DNA of 60,028 nucleotides, the filler included, from Sphacelaria rigidula (lineage: Eukaryota), in NCBI GenBank assembly GCA_964200075.2. It is 10 parts of 10 records of this genome, joined end to end, with 100 filler letters (N's around TTAATTAATTAA, not from the genome) between each part and the next. Parts side by side here need not be neighbours in the genome. Positions count along the whole stretch, not along the records: positions 1 to 5,913 come from CAXNAA020023538.1; positions 6,014 to 11,926 come from CAXNAA020023539.1; 8 more parts are not named here. One strand, 5' to 3'. Below the pieces are notes generated by a model, which had not been told where the DNA came from, did no database searches, and was given only the letters and a program-made list of their open reading frames with translations. Below are positions 1 to 11,500 of this stretch, in pieces; position 1 is the stretch's first letter, and the number at the start of each line of letters is the position of its first letter. Both the position numbers and the translations under genes were made by a program.

Positions 1-300
1 GTCCCGGCTTTGTAGGGATGCGAGGTCAATGGTCTTATAACTATGGCATGCATGATCATGAGTACACCCCCTATCGTATCAAAATCCATTGATAATCCTG
101 CATTGGGATGACAGCCCACAATGAGTCGCTTTATTTTCTGGTATCGCCACTTCCTAAGACGGCCACGGCTTTTACACTGCCTCATGGGTGCCTCACCATG
201 GTGTACTCATGATCATGCATGCTATAGTCATGAGACCATTGACCTCGCATCCCTACAACGCCGGGACGGAGCACGCCGGGATTTGGCCGGGCCAGGCTCA
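1..300. mobile_element. Fragments of dispersed repeat family A (probable non-LTR retroelement 3' end): 1-72 (+), about 100-200 and 205-295 (-)
   Basis: GGGATGCGAGGTCAATGGTCTTATAACTATGGCATGCATGATCATGAGTACACCCCCC at the contig start closely matches 8070-8128. Reverse-strand matches occur at 6114-6510, 18110-18410 and 35878-35978. Confidence 0.7.
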
Positions 301-1207
301 CCCCCCTATCGTCTGGTCGGTTCATTGACTATACCACGATATCTGACCCACCACATGCCGTCCAGCAGTGGTGACGACATCACGAGATGAGCACGGGCCC
401 AAGGTCAGTGTAGGAGAACAGTCACCATGATGGAGGAAGCTAGAGAAGTAGCGACAATGAAAAACAGAAGGAAGAAAACACACACCAAGACTGGAGAAGG
501 AAAAAAAAAGGGAGAGTGCAGGAAGAAGGAGGTGCCATGCTCAGTAGCGTCTAGCATCGGTCCCCTAAACAATGTATTGTTGAATGTCCGAAGTCGAGGG
601 GCAAAGTGTTTTCTCTGAACTATTTTAGTATAGTAGCGCAAAAGGACAAAGGGCCACGCTACCGTAACAGAACGTATAAACGACAAACATTCACCGATAC
701 ACCACCTCCTGCAGTGCCGTAGGGTATGATCACTAAAGCCCCAGCGTGGTCATAAGTTCAGAAGATGATCACACCCGAGCGGACAGTTCTGTACTCAACA
801 AGGCAGGCAGAATAACTCTCCCACTGTTGTGGGATAGCCTTCACCCGGATATCGCCCCGCCGTGTCATGCACCATCGTGATGAACGCAACCTTCGCCTTC
901 CCCGACAGCTCGTTGAGATGCAAACCAGCAACGGCAATATCCATGGGTATGCATGCTATCATGGTTAATGTCCTCTCTCACCCCCTTTCGATCTTGTCGC
1001 TCGAAGTGATCCCGAATTCCAACCGTGCAGCCCTCACAAACTACGCTGTCTCGGTTCACATACGAACGTGAATATGTACGTACAAAGAAGAGCACTCCAT
1101 CCATTCCTACGCGGCGACCTCCTCCACTGTTTCGGGCAGCCCTGATCTGTACGTGTTGTACTGACTGTTTTCATAAAAGCTTTTCACCATACATCTATCG
1201 CACCACC

Positions 1208-1580
1208 GCCCCCCCCCATGGCTCAGTTGGTAACCTCGACAGCTTCCGATGGGTCGTGGGTTCGAATCTCGGTGACGTCACACGATCTGGGATTGTTTCT
1301 CCTGCCATGCCCAACAGTGGAGAGCGACTATGTGGTGGGTGCACGAAATTCGACTTCACGATCGACGAGGGAAAGGGACTGCTGAACCCCTCTCGTGGTA
1401 AGAAGATGAGGCATGCACCGCATAAGGAAGGTGGAGTACTAGAAACGGTATGGAACAAAACATGAATCCCCTCCTGTGTTTGCCTTCCTCCTGTGTGACC
1501 CAGGCTGATTCGCTCAAATATACAGCAAGGTGCAGAATGGTGCCCAGAAAAGATGAGGTGACAACACACACACGCGCATA
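1208..1580 (+). mobile_element. tRNA-derived SINE, family S1 (near full length)
   Basis: Pol III A box TGGCTCAGTTGG at 1219-1230 and B box GGTTCGAATCT at 1259-1269. The body is shared with 17200-17519 and 40885-41216, and it ends in a (CA)-rich tail. Confidence 0.75.
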
Positions 1581-1759
1581 CCCCCTTTTTCAAGTGGATT
1601 GTGTTTCAACACCAAGTCAATCCATGCATGGACTACTTGTCTCTGAATCGACATCACATAGTCTATCGAGGTTCACATCAGGAGATTCTCCTGCCCCCGT
1701 CCTACTGCCCCAGCGTATCTCAAGCATCGCCACCCGTTGCCCTGCGACCTGTGACTCAC

Positions 1760-4072
1760 CTGCTTCTTGAGGCCCTCGATGAAGTGCTTCTTCCGTTCCC
1801 TTGATTTCCGGGAGTGGTCTCGGTTACGCTCACGGCTTCGTTTCAATCGATCTTCGGAGTTGAGCCCTTCTCTGGAATCGTCCACTGTTTCTTTTGTCGC
1901 TGATGATGTTGGATCAGCAGGTTGCGATCGAGGTAGCCAGCTATCCAACTGACGAATGACGTCGCTGTTGCTGATGCCGCTGTGTTCTTCGTCTTCTCGC
2001 GTAGTCCTTTCACACGACAAGACACACGCGCGTACACACGCACACACGCACGGAGTGCCCACAAGATACCAGACTCAACGCACCGTACAAGGGCAAGACA
2101 CCCAGTGCCCGACTCCGGGAAAGGTCGTGGTGACACAGAAAAAACGTGAATAGATTGGATCGCGGGGTGTGTACGTGTTCGTATGCACGCGTGGGGGTGG
2201 GTGTTGGGGGGCAGCTCGTACACGCTGCTCACAAGGCTGTCTCCGCGGAAAACATCAACAGGGAACTTGTCCCCAGGGTGAATTAATCGCACAAACAACA
2301 TCAACATGCAACAAAACATAAAGCTTTCCCTGCAACCGTACAATCCCCGGAGCGCGCGTTCTCCCTTATCAGTGATCCTGGCTCTCTCATAGTTTCATTA
2401 TTCCGCACTATTAGGAGCATACCCAGTCATGACTTTGCTGGCTGGCGGCGGGGGGGAAGGACACTTTGCAAGCAAGAGATCACATCACAGGGAGTTTTTT
2501 TATTGTCTTCAACATATCTATCCTCTCCAAAACACGTATTGGTATGCGCATTGTTGACACGAAGGCCGACAAGGGTGATGATTACCATTACGTGCCTGCA
2601 CCGTGGGCAGACCTCTAAGTATAGGAGGCCCGTCATCTTCTTTCCCCCATATCATTTCCGGGAAAGTTTTACCCAGACCACACTTATGACCCACTTACAA
2701 TAACGGCACGACACCGACTCTTCACACTCACCTGCTGTTGTTACTATGAACAGGGAAATCAGTAGGGCCAGCGGTGCCGTCTTTTATCATCCAGTATTGA
2801 GGCATTTGTATTGATCGTTACACGCGGTGAGATCTACCACCATAGTTGACGCGTTCAAGACCCACGTACGTGGAGTCTTGACGGTCGTCCGTGAGGCTCT
2901 GCTCACTCGATCACCTCTCTTCTCTTCGCTTTGCCTGGCTACACAATTCTGCACTCCTACACCATCCTGACAGGCTGACAGCCGTGCCCTCTGATCGACT
3001 GGACCAGTCGTATCCATTAAATTGACTCACAGGACCACAGATCTCGAAACAGCTGTGTCCAGCACCGGCACCATTATCACCATCACCATCACCGCAACAG
3101 TCATCGTCCGCGAAGTCTTACCGGTTCAATCCCATATGCTCATCATCATCGCCATCACTATCTCTTCCGCTCTCGTCCCCTTTGGCCCTGTCTGCTTCCA
3201 TCTCTCTCCGGCAGCGCTTGCATCGATCCATCCTTTCCTCCGCGAGAGTTCTATCCGCCGAAACCGCAAGCTGATGGACACCTCCATTGCCCTCAGCCAC
3301 TGTCGAGTTCGTGAACAGAGAGCGAGCTTTTCGGCCAGACGGCGTAGTAGAGCCTTTGTCGCCTTCAGCCAGCAGCAAGCCCCCGCCACCGCCGCCGTCA
3401 CCTGGTGCCGCCGCCGCCCCGCCGTCGCTCACGGTGCTCTGGTTGTTCATGTTTCCTAATCGGCGCTTCGAAGGGTTCTCCCCGCCCGTGCACCCGCCGC
3501 AATCTGCCCCGTCAGACTCACTCACCTCCGCGGCGGCGGCGTGGGGGATGTTTTTGTTTGACTGTTGCTGTTGGCGCGTCCCGCTGGTCATGAACGCGCT
3601 CCCGATGGTTGGCCCTTCAGTGACTAGCAGAGATTTCGACGGAGTTCCGTCCGAAAGCATCGGCTGGTGGCTTGCCACAGGAAAGGTTGCAATGACCGAA
3701 GTCTGAGAAGAACAACCCGGGCCTGGCGGAGCGATTCGCACAGCAGAGACCGCAGCCGCCGCCTGCGGCGGGGAAGCCACCACCACCCCCGAATCAGACC
3801 TGAGCGCCTGCCCCCCGTTGCCCCGGCTGCTGCAGGCACTTGATATCGCTACGGAAGGGTGATGACTACAACCGTTTAACTGGGCAGTGGTCACTTCTCT
3901 CGTTGTGGTTGTTGACGACCGCCCGTTGCTGCTGGATGATGACGGTGGTGAGGCGTTGGTAGTGGCTGGGTTTTGGCTGATCGAAGTGACGGCGGCGGCA
4001 ACCGCGGAAGTCGTCGAAACTGAGACATCTAGGGTTCCATTTGTGGGACAGTGCGTGAAGCCTCTGACTGAC
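1760..4072 (-). CDS. bZIP transcription factor, partial spliced gene (exons 4072-3122 and 2006-1760; other exons not located)
   Basis: Exon 2006-1760 encodes the basic region RLKRSRERNRDHSRKSRERKKHFIEGLKKQ and ends at a CAG|GTGAGT donor. The upstream Ser/Gly/Ala-rich exon ends at CG|GTAAGA (phase 2), matching the phase-2 acceptor AAG|G at 2006. Confidence 0.8.
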
Positions 4073-5567
4073 CTGTTCGTTGCATACGTGCAGGCACATG
4101 TGTGCGTTTCGAGGTGGGGAGATGGTCGAGGATGCAGAGGTAATATTCAATGGGGGTGGCCGGCCAAGTACCGTTATATTGATTGACTTGATTGGTTGCC
4201 GCACTCCATTGACTAATCTCCGAGGGATCCAGCAGTGGTCATGATCCACAAGAGAGACGTTCCTAACGTAAACAAACGGGGGGAAAAATCGTCGAAGGAA
4301 ACTAAAACGGCAAATAAGTGGAGATATAACAAGCGGAGTAAACTGAATGAGAACGGGAGGTAACGGAAGAGTATGGTAAAATGAATAATCACAGTGGGTG
4401 GCCCCTTATGAGGCCGATCGCTTATCGCTTGCTTCATGAGCCAGTCCGGCTTTCCATGGAGCCACGTGTTGTGGCATGAGTATGTGCTTGTCTTCGGCAA
4501 GGGAATGCCCTCTGCAGTCGCTCATGAACATATTTGTTCATTAATACTACTGCAAAACGAATCGTTCACACACTAGACATGTACACTAGATATGTACGGT
4601 TCGTAGGGGGAAACCGTCATCTGATCGTAGGTTTGAACCAGAGACTGACATATCCCAGGCGGCCCTGTTCTGCTCTCCGGAGGATATGACTCGAGACCGA
4701 TTTACCATCCTTCGGCGGTGATATTGTATCTGTGCACTTGTGAGCTGTGTTGAGTGGCCGTGACGCGCCTCTTCTCACTGCATCCTTTGTAACGGAGCGA
4801 GATTGTGCGCGCAAGAGACCTTGATAGTTTGAGCAGACGACTGACACGACTGACCCCCGTGGGGCACTGCATCGCCGCCGTTTACTATTTCGTCAGAGGT
4901 CACCCACTAGCTGGGCGCAGTCCCATCTGAACATTCTGTCTGAATATCAACCCTAAACTCCCTCTGTAGGACTTTCAATATGGAGCTACAGAGCCATTCT
5001 GACTCGGCGGAGTTACACTGGTTACGGTACTGGTTCCCGAACCGCTCCTGTTGGTACCTCACACTCTACAGTTCTGGCTCCGGTTCCTGGACCGTTCCTG
5101 CTGCCGATGCCTCCTGCCGAGCCGCACTGGCTCCTCCTACTCGTCTAGTTGATTGCACGAATTTACGTACGAGACCTATGCCCAATAAATGATTTACACA
5201 GTATCCGTCGAATCCTCACTAAGCTGTATGGTACAGTACCCGCCCTTCTTCCTGTTGTTGATTTTACTTGACTCTTGATTCCTCCGCCGTGTTGAGTCTC
5301 CTATTTTTTTCTCGCCGTCGTATCTTACCTGTTTTTTCCGGGCACACAATATGGTATTGCTTGCATTCCTTTGATGTTTTGGCTGCCTTTACGTGTTCTA
5401 CGACGGCTGTAAAGCTTTCAGATCGGCACCCTGAATAGATATTCTACGTGAGAGTTATGCTTCATCAATTGAGAAACGCCGCGATAGCCTTCCCCCCCAC
5501 CCACCCCGAGAAAGTGGCTTGTTTGAGGAGGCAAGATGGACGTGCGAATCAAAACGGCAAGCCCGAG

Positions 5568-5720
5568 CACACCGAGCAGCTGGGACCTCCAACGCTTGGG
5601 ATCGTTTTCGCCGATGCCACCCATATTACGTGCTTCGTGCAGTCTGAAAGCAGTTATCGTGCGCTGCATGACCATTTTCTTCGTGGCAGTTCTGGAGCTG
5701 GTTTGGGGCGGGGGTATCGC
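5568..5720 (+). mobile_element. Diverged terminal fragment of the CAC...GTG DNA transposon family at 24292-25840
   Basis: CACACCGAGCAGCTG...ACGCTTGGG...CCCATAT...GGGGCGGGGG aligns by eye with the first ~150 bp of the TIR at 24292. Confidence 0.55.
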
Positions 5721-5913
5721 GGCATCACCCAAGCGTGTATACCCAAGCATTCTTCCAAAAACACATGATTCTACAAAATGGAAATGGATTTTGTTTTTAA
5801 ACCTGTTGGGACCGACCCCCCACTAACACCGGGTTGCCCCTGTGTTAGTGAAATAATTAAAAATAAGTCTTCGAGCGACCTGCCCAATCAAGGCGAGGCG
5901 AAATTTATCGACC

Positions 5914-6013
5914 NNNNNNNNNNNNNNNNNNNNNNNNNNNNNNNNNNNNNNNNNNNNTTAATTAATTAANNNNNNNNNNNNNNNNNNNNNNNNNNNNNNN
6001 NNNNNNNNNNNNN
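5914..6013. other. Artificial contig linker N44-TTAATTAATTAA-N44 (also 11927-12026, 17940-18039, 23953-24052, 29966-30065, 35979-36078, 41992-42091, 48005-48104, 54017-54116)
   Basis: An identical 100-bp spacer with stop codons in all six frames recurs about every 6013 bp between unrelated sequences. Confidence 0.98.
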
Positions 6014-6113
6014 AGTACAGTTTTCAAACGATGCCACAAATGCTTGCGAAAAAATAAAAAAAATGGGGGGGGGGGGGAGTTGGACTGAGATACATGCCAT
6101 ACCTTGGCTGAAG

Positions 6114-6510
6114 GATACTCATGATCTTGCAGGCCGTAGGGATGAGACTATTGACCTCGCATCCCTGCAAAGCCGGGACGGAACACGCCAGGTTTGCGCC
6201 GGACCAGGCTCGCAATCAATCACCAAGCGCGGAGGGCCGTGACGTGTTCGGCGAGTCGCACAAAGATTGAGCTGCATCCTGCTAAGATTGTTCGTCCCGA
6301 AATGTACTGATGTATCTTGCATATGGATGGCAGCATACGATGAGTTGCTTCATTTTGTTCGGCCCGAAGTGTACTGATGTATCTTGCACGTGGACCACAG
6401 CCTACAATAAGTTGCTTTATTTCTTGGTATCGCCACTTCCTGCATATGGATGACAGCCTCGAATGAGTTACTTCATTTTACGGTATCGCCACTTTCAGAG
6501 ACAGCCACGG
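6114..6510 (-). mobile_element. Family A repeat copy with internal partial duplications
   Basis: Reverse-complement match to 7850-8128. The segment GTACTGATGTATCTTGCA...GTTGCTT is duplicated at about 6304 and 6372. Confidence 0.7.
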
Positions 6511-6518
6511 GATATGAA

Positions 6519-6590
6519 GGGGGCGTACTTATTTGTTGCTTGCCTTAGTCGTTTGACCATTGACCACGCATCCCTTTCGAGACGCAGCAC
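6519..6590 (-). mobile_element. Family B repeat: very short 5'-truncated LINE 3' end
   Basis: GGGGGCGTACTTATTTGTTGCTTGCCTTAGTCGTTTGACCATTGACCACGCATCCCTTTCGAGA matches the LINE terminus at 7036-7110. Confidence 0.75.
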
Positions 6591-6619
6591 GGGATATGAA
6601 GGGAGTGATACTGTAACGT

Positions 6620-6966
6620 ACCCCGCCGCACTAGTGCAGGTAGCGATTTTTGTTTTCTTCATTTGTCGCACTTTTGAACCCCTCCCCTTCCTCAAGATGA
6701 GTCCGTGGTATCGAGGGATCAACCTATCTCTCCCCCGGGTACACGCCCTGCATTTTGGTCTCGCGGATTGGATTATGACAGCACTCTCGCACCGCGTCAA
6801 CTTACGTCGAACAAACTCAGTCGACTACTTTGTTTCCCCACGTTGTCACACTTTCCACGGTGAAAATCAGACATTACGAAGAAAAAACCCAACGCATCGG
6901 GAATCGAACCCTCGCTCTCTCCACCCTAGAGGCGACAGTCGGGCCATTACACGACTGGGGCGCGGC
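6620..6966 (-). mobile_element. tRNA-headed SINE-like element, family S2
   Basis: A-box-like TCGTGTAATGG (6954-6944), B box GGTTCGATTCC (6910-6900), then a T6 run. The downstream body 6645-6745 resembles 13395-13495. Confidence 0.5.
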
Positions 6967-7035
6967 AGCGATATGATACCAAAAGTGGCCGAGAGCTCGT
7001 CACCAGGGGTTGGTATTCACGGGCGGCGGTAGAGG

Positions 7036-10000
7036 AGGGGGCGTACTCATTTGCTGCTTGCCTTTGTCATTTGACGATTGACCACGCATCCCTTTCGAGA
7101 AGGAGCACCATTCCTTCTCCTGCTAGAGACACCTCCAGCATCTCGGTGCTTATTACATTTCTTCCATACGTTACACAAAAACCTTTTGCATATATCATCC
7201 CCTTCCTGTTTCACCGCCTGTGGCCTCCGACCATCTCCTAGTACACTATAGCAATCGACTTCCCGTTATCATCTCATGTACCAAACGTTTTCATGCCACC
7301 TTCGTTTACTTTCCACATTTCCCCCCTCTAACACGTCCCTTTCCTTACTGTATAGTTCACATTCTCTCATTATATGATTTTCACCCTCTATAGCTTTGCC
7401 ACAAGGACAGTTCTGTGCGTCTACTTCCTCCTCCACCCGACTACTGGACTACCCCGTTCTTCATTCTGGCAGATTCAGGTCCCTCACCCGAAATCTCACG
7501 TTCAGTTTTTTCGTGTAGTTCATTGGGCCATGCAGATACGTTTTCATCTCTATCCCTTCTCTCAACCCCCCGTATATCTTGAGATGCTCTTCCTCGTCCA
7601 CTGTTCCGTCTTGGCACTTGTACTCCCCTCATTTCTATCATGCCTCTTATTTTTGTTTTGTACCCCTCACGTTCACTTATGCTCCGTCTCGAAGGGGATG
7701 CGTGGTCAATGGTTGAACGACTGAGTCAAGCAACAAATGAGTGCGCCCCTTCCCCCCCCACGCGGTGGGAGAACCTCGATTCCGCGCAAGAGGAATAATC
7801 ATACTACGTTGTGTTCATATGGTGAAACACTCATGGGGCAGTGTGTAAGCCGTCGCTATCTCGGGAAGTGGCGATACCAGAAAATGAAGCAACTCGTTGG
7901 AGGCTGACGTCCAAATGCAAGCCAATCAGTAAACTTCGGGCCGAAACAACTCAGCAGGATGCAGCTCACACCTCATGCGACTCGCCAAACATATCACGGC
8001 GCTGCGCGCTTGGTGATTGATTGCGAACCTGGTGCGGCGAAAACCCGGCGCTCTCCGTCCCTGCTTTGTAGGGATGCGAGGTCGATGGTCTTATGACTGT
8101 GGCATGCAAGATCATGAGTACATCCCCACGTTGAGTTATGGACATGATCTCGTCTTGCTATCTCATATCCGTATCCTGCCTCACCTTCTCGGCTTCTCTA
8201 TCCCACCTTATTCCAGCCTGCCTGCCCTTTCGTTACATTCTTCCATACAGCCCACTCAACCATGGCTAGCAATCTCTTTCTTGGCAATTTCAATTTTTTC
8301 TTATTCCCTACTTGTTTCAAGTGTGTACATTTCGAATTATTTACGTCAAGGTGTGCACACTGGTCTACCATGGGCATTCCCGCTTCTCCCTGCTTCCACT
8401 TGAACGCTGCTGGGTCTCGCTTCGTTACATACAGCTACCGTGAATTTGTTTACGTTCGCTGTCACTCTCCATTTCCTAGTGTACTCTGGCGCCTTCTCTA
8501 TTCGTTTCTGCAATCCTTCTGGTATTTCTGATATCCCCCCACGAAATCATCTGCGAGCGTAAATCCTGATACCGCATCTTCCCCCACCCTGACTCCTTTC
8601 CTCGCTTGCTCCTATTGCGACGACCATGTCATTAATACATACTTTGAGTATGGTGGGTGATGGCGTACATCCTTGTACAAGTGCTTTTCAAGTATCAACA
8701 TATTTCGTATTTTCCCCACCTAGCATCATGGCTCTTCTCTCACATTCTGTCATCTTCACCCTTCTTCACATCGTTTTCACCCCAGGTTCCCACATCCTTT
8801 CACACAGCCCATTTCTCCATACTGTGTTATGGCCATTCTGTATGTCTAGGGAGAAACAGTGCGTTGTTAACCCCGTGTCTTTCCTATGTTGAATATTTTC
8901 ACCTAAAATATTAATACATATGATCTACGCAGTTACGGTTTGGTCTAAACCCTGCTTGTCCCTCGATGGTTTTCTCCCCTTCTCCAGCATTGTTGTCACT
9001 CTATCGTTTAGAATCTTACAGAACGTTTTCCCTGCGGGGCTCAGTGGCGTTATCCCCATATAATTTCCTGGGTCAGCCTTGTCTCCTTTCTTGAAACTGT
9101 TACTACTACTACTACTACTACTCCACCTCTTGGGTGTGTACTCGTTTTCCGTATCCAATTAGGCGACATAACCATCGTGGGAATCATTTCCTCTCCCCCG
9201 CACTTGATAAATTCACAAGCTATTTCGTCTGCCCCTGCTGCCTTTTTTTCCTAGAGTATAGCTGTACTCTCCTTGACCTCCTCTCTTCCCAACTCTCTCT
9301 GCAATTCTTTCGAAGCACTGTCTTCCCGTTTTGATGCCCCTACATCTGCCTTTGCCCATGCGTTGATTTCTTTATCAAATTCCGCGTCAAAACCTATTGT
9401 CAGTTTCTGCTGTTCCTAGTTTTCGGTAGTGCTCTGCTAGTACTGATCTCTTTCCCCTCCAGCTATTAACCATTTTCTCGTTCTGTGCTCTCAGGGCAGC
9501 TATTTAGTTGTCTTATCTCTCCTGCATGTTGCCCCCTTATCATTCCTGTCCCTCCCCACACTTGCTTCATCCCGGCATTGAAATCTCCATTTGTTTTATT
9601 AACTACGTCCTTCCATATTTCCCTTCTTTTTTTTTCTTCACCATATTTTGTACCTCTCTTTAGCATATTCCTCTCACCTACCGTAGCCTTATTCGATGTG
9701 TATCTTGCGTGGGCCTCTCTCCTTACTCGTATAGCCTCTGTTTATTTCTCATCCAGCCGTTTTACTGCTCGGTCGAATACGATCAGCATTCCCTACGACT
9801 TTCCTTGCTGTGGGCTCGTCTAGCTGCTCCCATCCTTCTATGATCTTCGCTCGTGCTCGATCGCGTTCTATTTCGGGATTAAGTGTACCTACGCTTCCTG
9901 AGAGCTCAGAAATTTTCCCTGCTTTTTCTTCTCTTATTACTAGTCTATCTATCCTCCTCTGTTCTCGCCGTATCACGAATGACTCCGAATTCAAACACGT

Positions 10001-10120
10001 TTAGTACTTCACCCGTTCTCTCCGTAGTTTTCCATCCATACTGCCTTACCGTCTCTCTCTCGGTGTCTTTGGAGAGTATCTCCAGCTTAGTTATTGTAGA
10101 TATTGAAGTGGGATGTCGTC
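7036..10120 (-). mobile_element. Degenerate LINE (non-LTR retrotransposon) ORF2 with reverse transcriptase and C-terminal Cys/His region; 5' boundary approximate
   Basis: Frameshifted minus-strand motifs: FKKGDKADPGNYMGITPLSPAGKTFCKILNDR, GFRPNRNCVDH, VQGCTPSPTILKVCIND, TLADDFVG and a C-terminal CPCGKAIEGENHIMREC. Many stops are present, it is interrupted by the 7684-8128 insertion, and it ends in the family B sequence. Confidence 0.85.
7684..8128 (+). mobile_element. Family B copy (7684-7760) and family A copy (~7818-8128) inserted antisense into the LINE
   Basis: Both match the dispersed repeats seen elsewhere, and LINE protein similarity resumes on both sides. Confidence 0.7.
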
Positions 10121-10826
10121 AAGGTACTGGGACATCCCAATCCTAGTACTTGTCGGGGGTCTGGTGTCTTTGAATTATTTTGCTGACTCACCGACACTAA
10201 ATAATGCCTCCAACCCGGGCTCGTAGCCTGGAGCCAAGCTCAACACCCTTGACACAAATACCCCACGTTTGTACCAGGCGATCTGCATGGTAAACCATCC
10301 CGGCATCCCCCGGTCACGTCTTCTATCTTTTTGCCCCACTGGTGTACTGGTTGCTTTCCTCCAGGGAGGTCATTTTCACCGTGTAAGGTTCAAGGACGGC
10401 TTGCATAACACAAACCCTTACTCACACATCGTGATTTGTGCTACATTCCATTTCATGTACGGTTCACCATGGGTAGGTACCCTACAAATGCTCCCGAGTA
10501 GACCTCCGCTGCCAAAACATTGGTCAACAATCCCCCCACATTTTGTTCCAGGTTCCATCATTCTCAAGATGTCGAGATATCGACGTACTGCTTGGGTCTC
10601 CTCCTTCATGGCCATGTGGTCAGTCGTCAGCAAGGTGTTTTTTCTCATGAGTACAGTAGGTCTTGACGTTTTCGGCATGCATCATCCACCCCTTCCCTTC
10701 ATTTGACACCGGTGCACCTAATGTCGGGGGATTTTTATTTATTTATGTCTGAGCAGATTTTCACCCATAAATGAAAATCGGTGCAGGTTTCCGGGTATCC
10801 ATCTCTCCACGAGACCCAACCTTGAA

Positions 10827-11323
10827 CCCTTTTGGAACCGTTGATGGAAAAGTGACGATTTACGATTAACATTGTTTTGGGCAAGGTGTGGCGGTTCTTC
10901 TGCAAGCAAGTGTTGATGATGCAGCCCGCCAAAACGGTGCCACAGGTTCAGATACGGACGGCGATGAAGCTCTCGCTCTGGTACTGTACCAAGCGGAAAT
11001 TCGCGCGGCCGCCCGTAGGCGCAAACATGCAGCAGTACGGTTGAAAAAAGATGAAGCAGTAGCCAAGAGGTTGTCGGGACTTGTTGTCACGGAACCATCT
11101 ATTCGTGAGGCAGAAAATGATAGTCAGAACGCTTGGACGGGAGTAGGAAGGTAAGGGAAATCTTACGCCCAAGCTGTAACTACACCCTCCGTCCCTCCGG
11201 ATGTTCAAGTATACTCGTGTGACAGATTCGCGCACCGAGCTCGAAGTGACGATTTCACGTTGACGAAAACTCGCATGTGGGAGTTTGTAAACCGTCACTT
11301 TTCCATCAACGGTTCCAAAAGGG
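10827..11323. mobile_element. MITE with ~39-bp terminal inverted repeats, piggyBac-like ends
   Basis: CCCTTTTGGAACCGTTGATGGAAAAGTGACG...CGTCACTTTTCCATCAACGGTTCCAAAAGGG. The flanks TGAA and TTGA are each one mismatch from TTAA. Confidence 0.75.
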
Positions 11324-11448
11324 TTGATGTCAATTTGACATGTCGGGGTAACCTTACTCTATCCTCATGTGTTGTATCTTTTCCACATCGTGGACAATGA
11401 CACTAAATGGTCAATCGATTCAGTAGACCAAAAATGCACCGGATCAAG

Positions 11449-11500
11449 TATAGTCCTACTGCAACTATTGTCGATCGACAATAGTTGCAGTAGGACTATA
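11449..11500. repeat. Perfect 52-bp palindrome
   Basis: TATAGTCCTACTGCAACTATTGTCGA|TCGACAATAGTTGCAGTAGGACTATA, with no spacer. Confidence 0.95.

Noticed and set aside
640..960. Minus-strand frame with Cys/His residues (CPLGCDH...DHTLRHC) as a next bZIP exon or a retroelement zinc finger
   Set aside because: In-frame stops, no convincing splice sites, and similarity too weak to call.
1208..1280. Functional tRNA gene
   Set aside because: A and B boxes are present but there is no complete cloverleaf, and the sequence continues into a dispersed repeat body.
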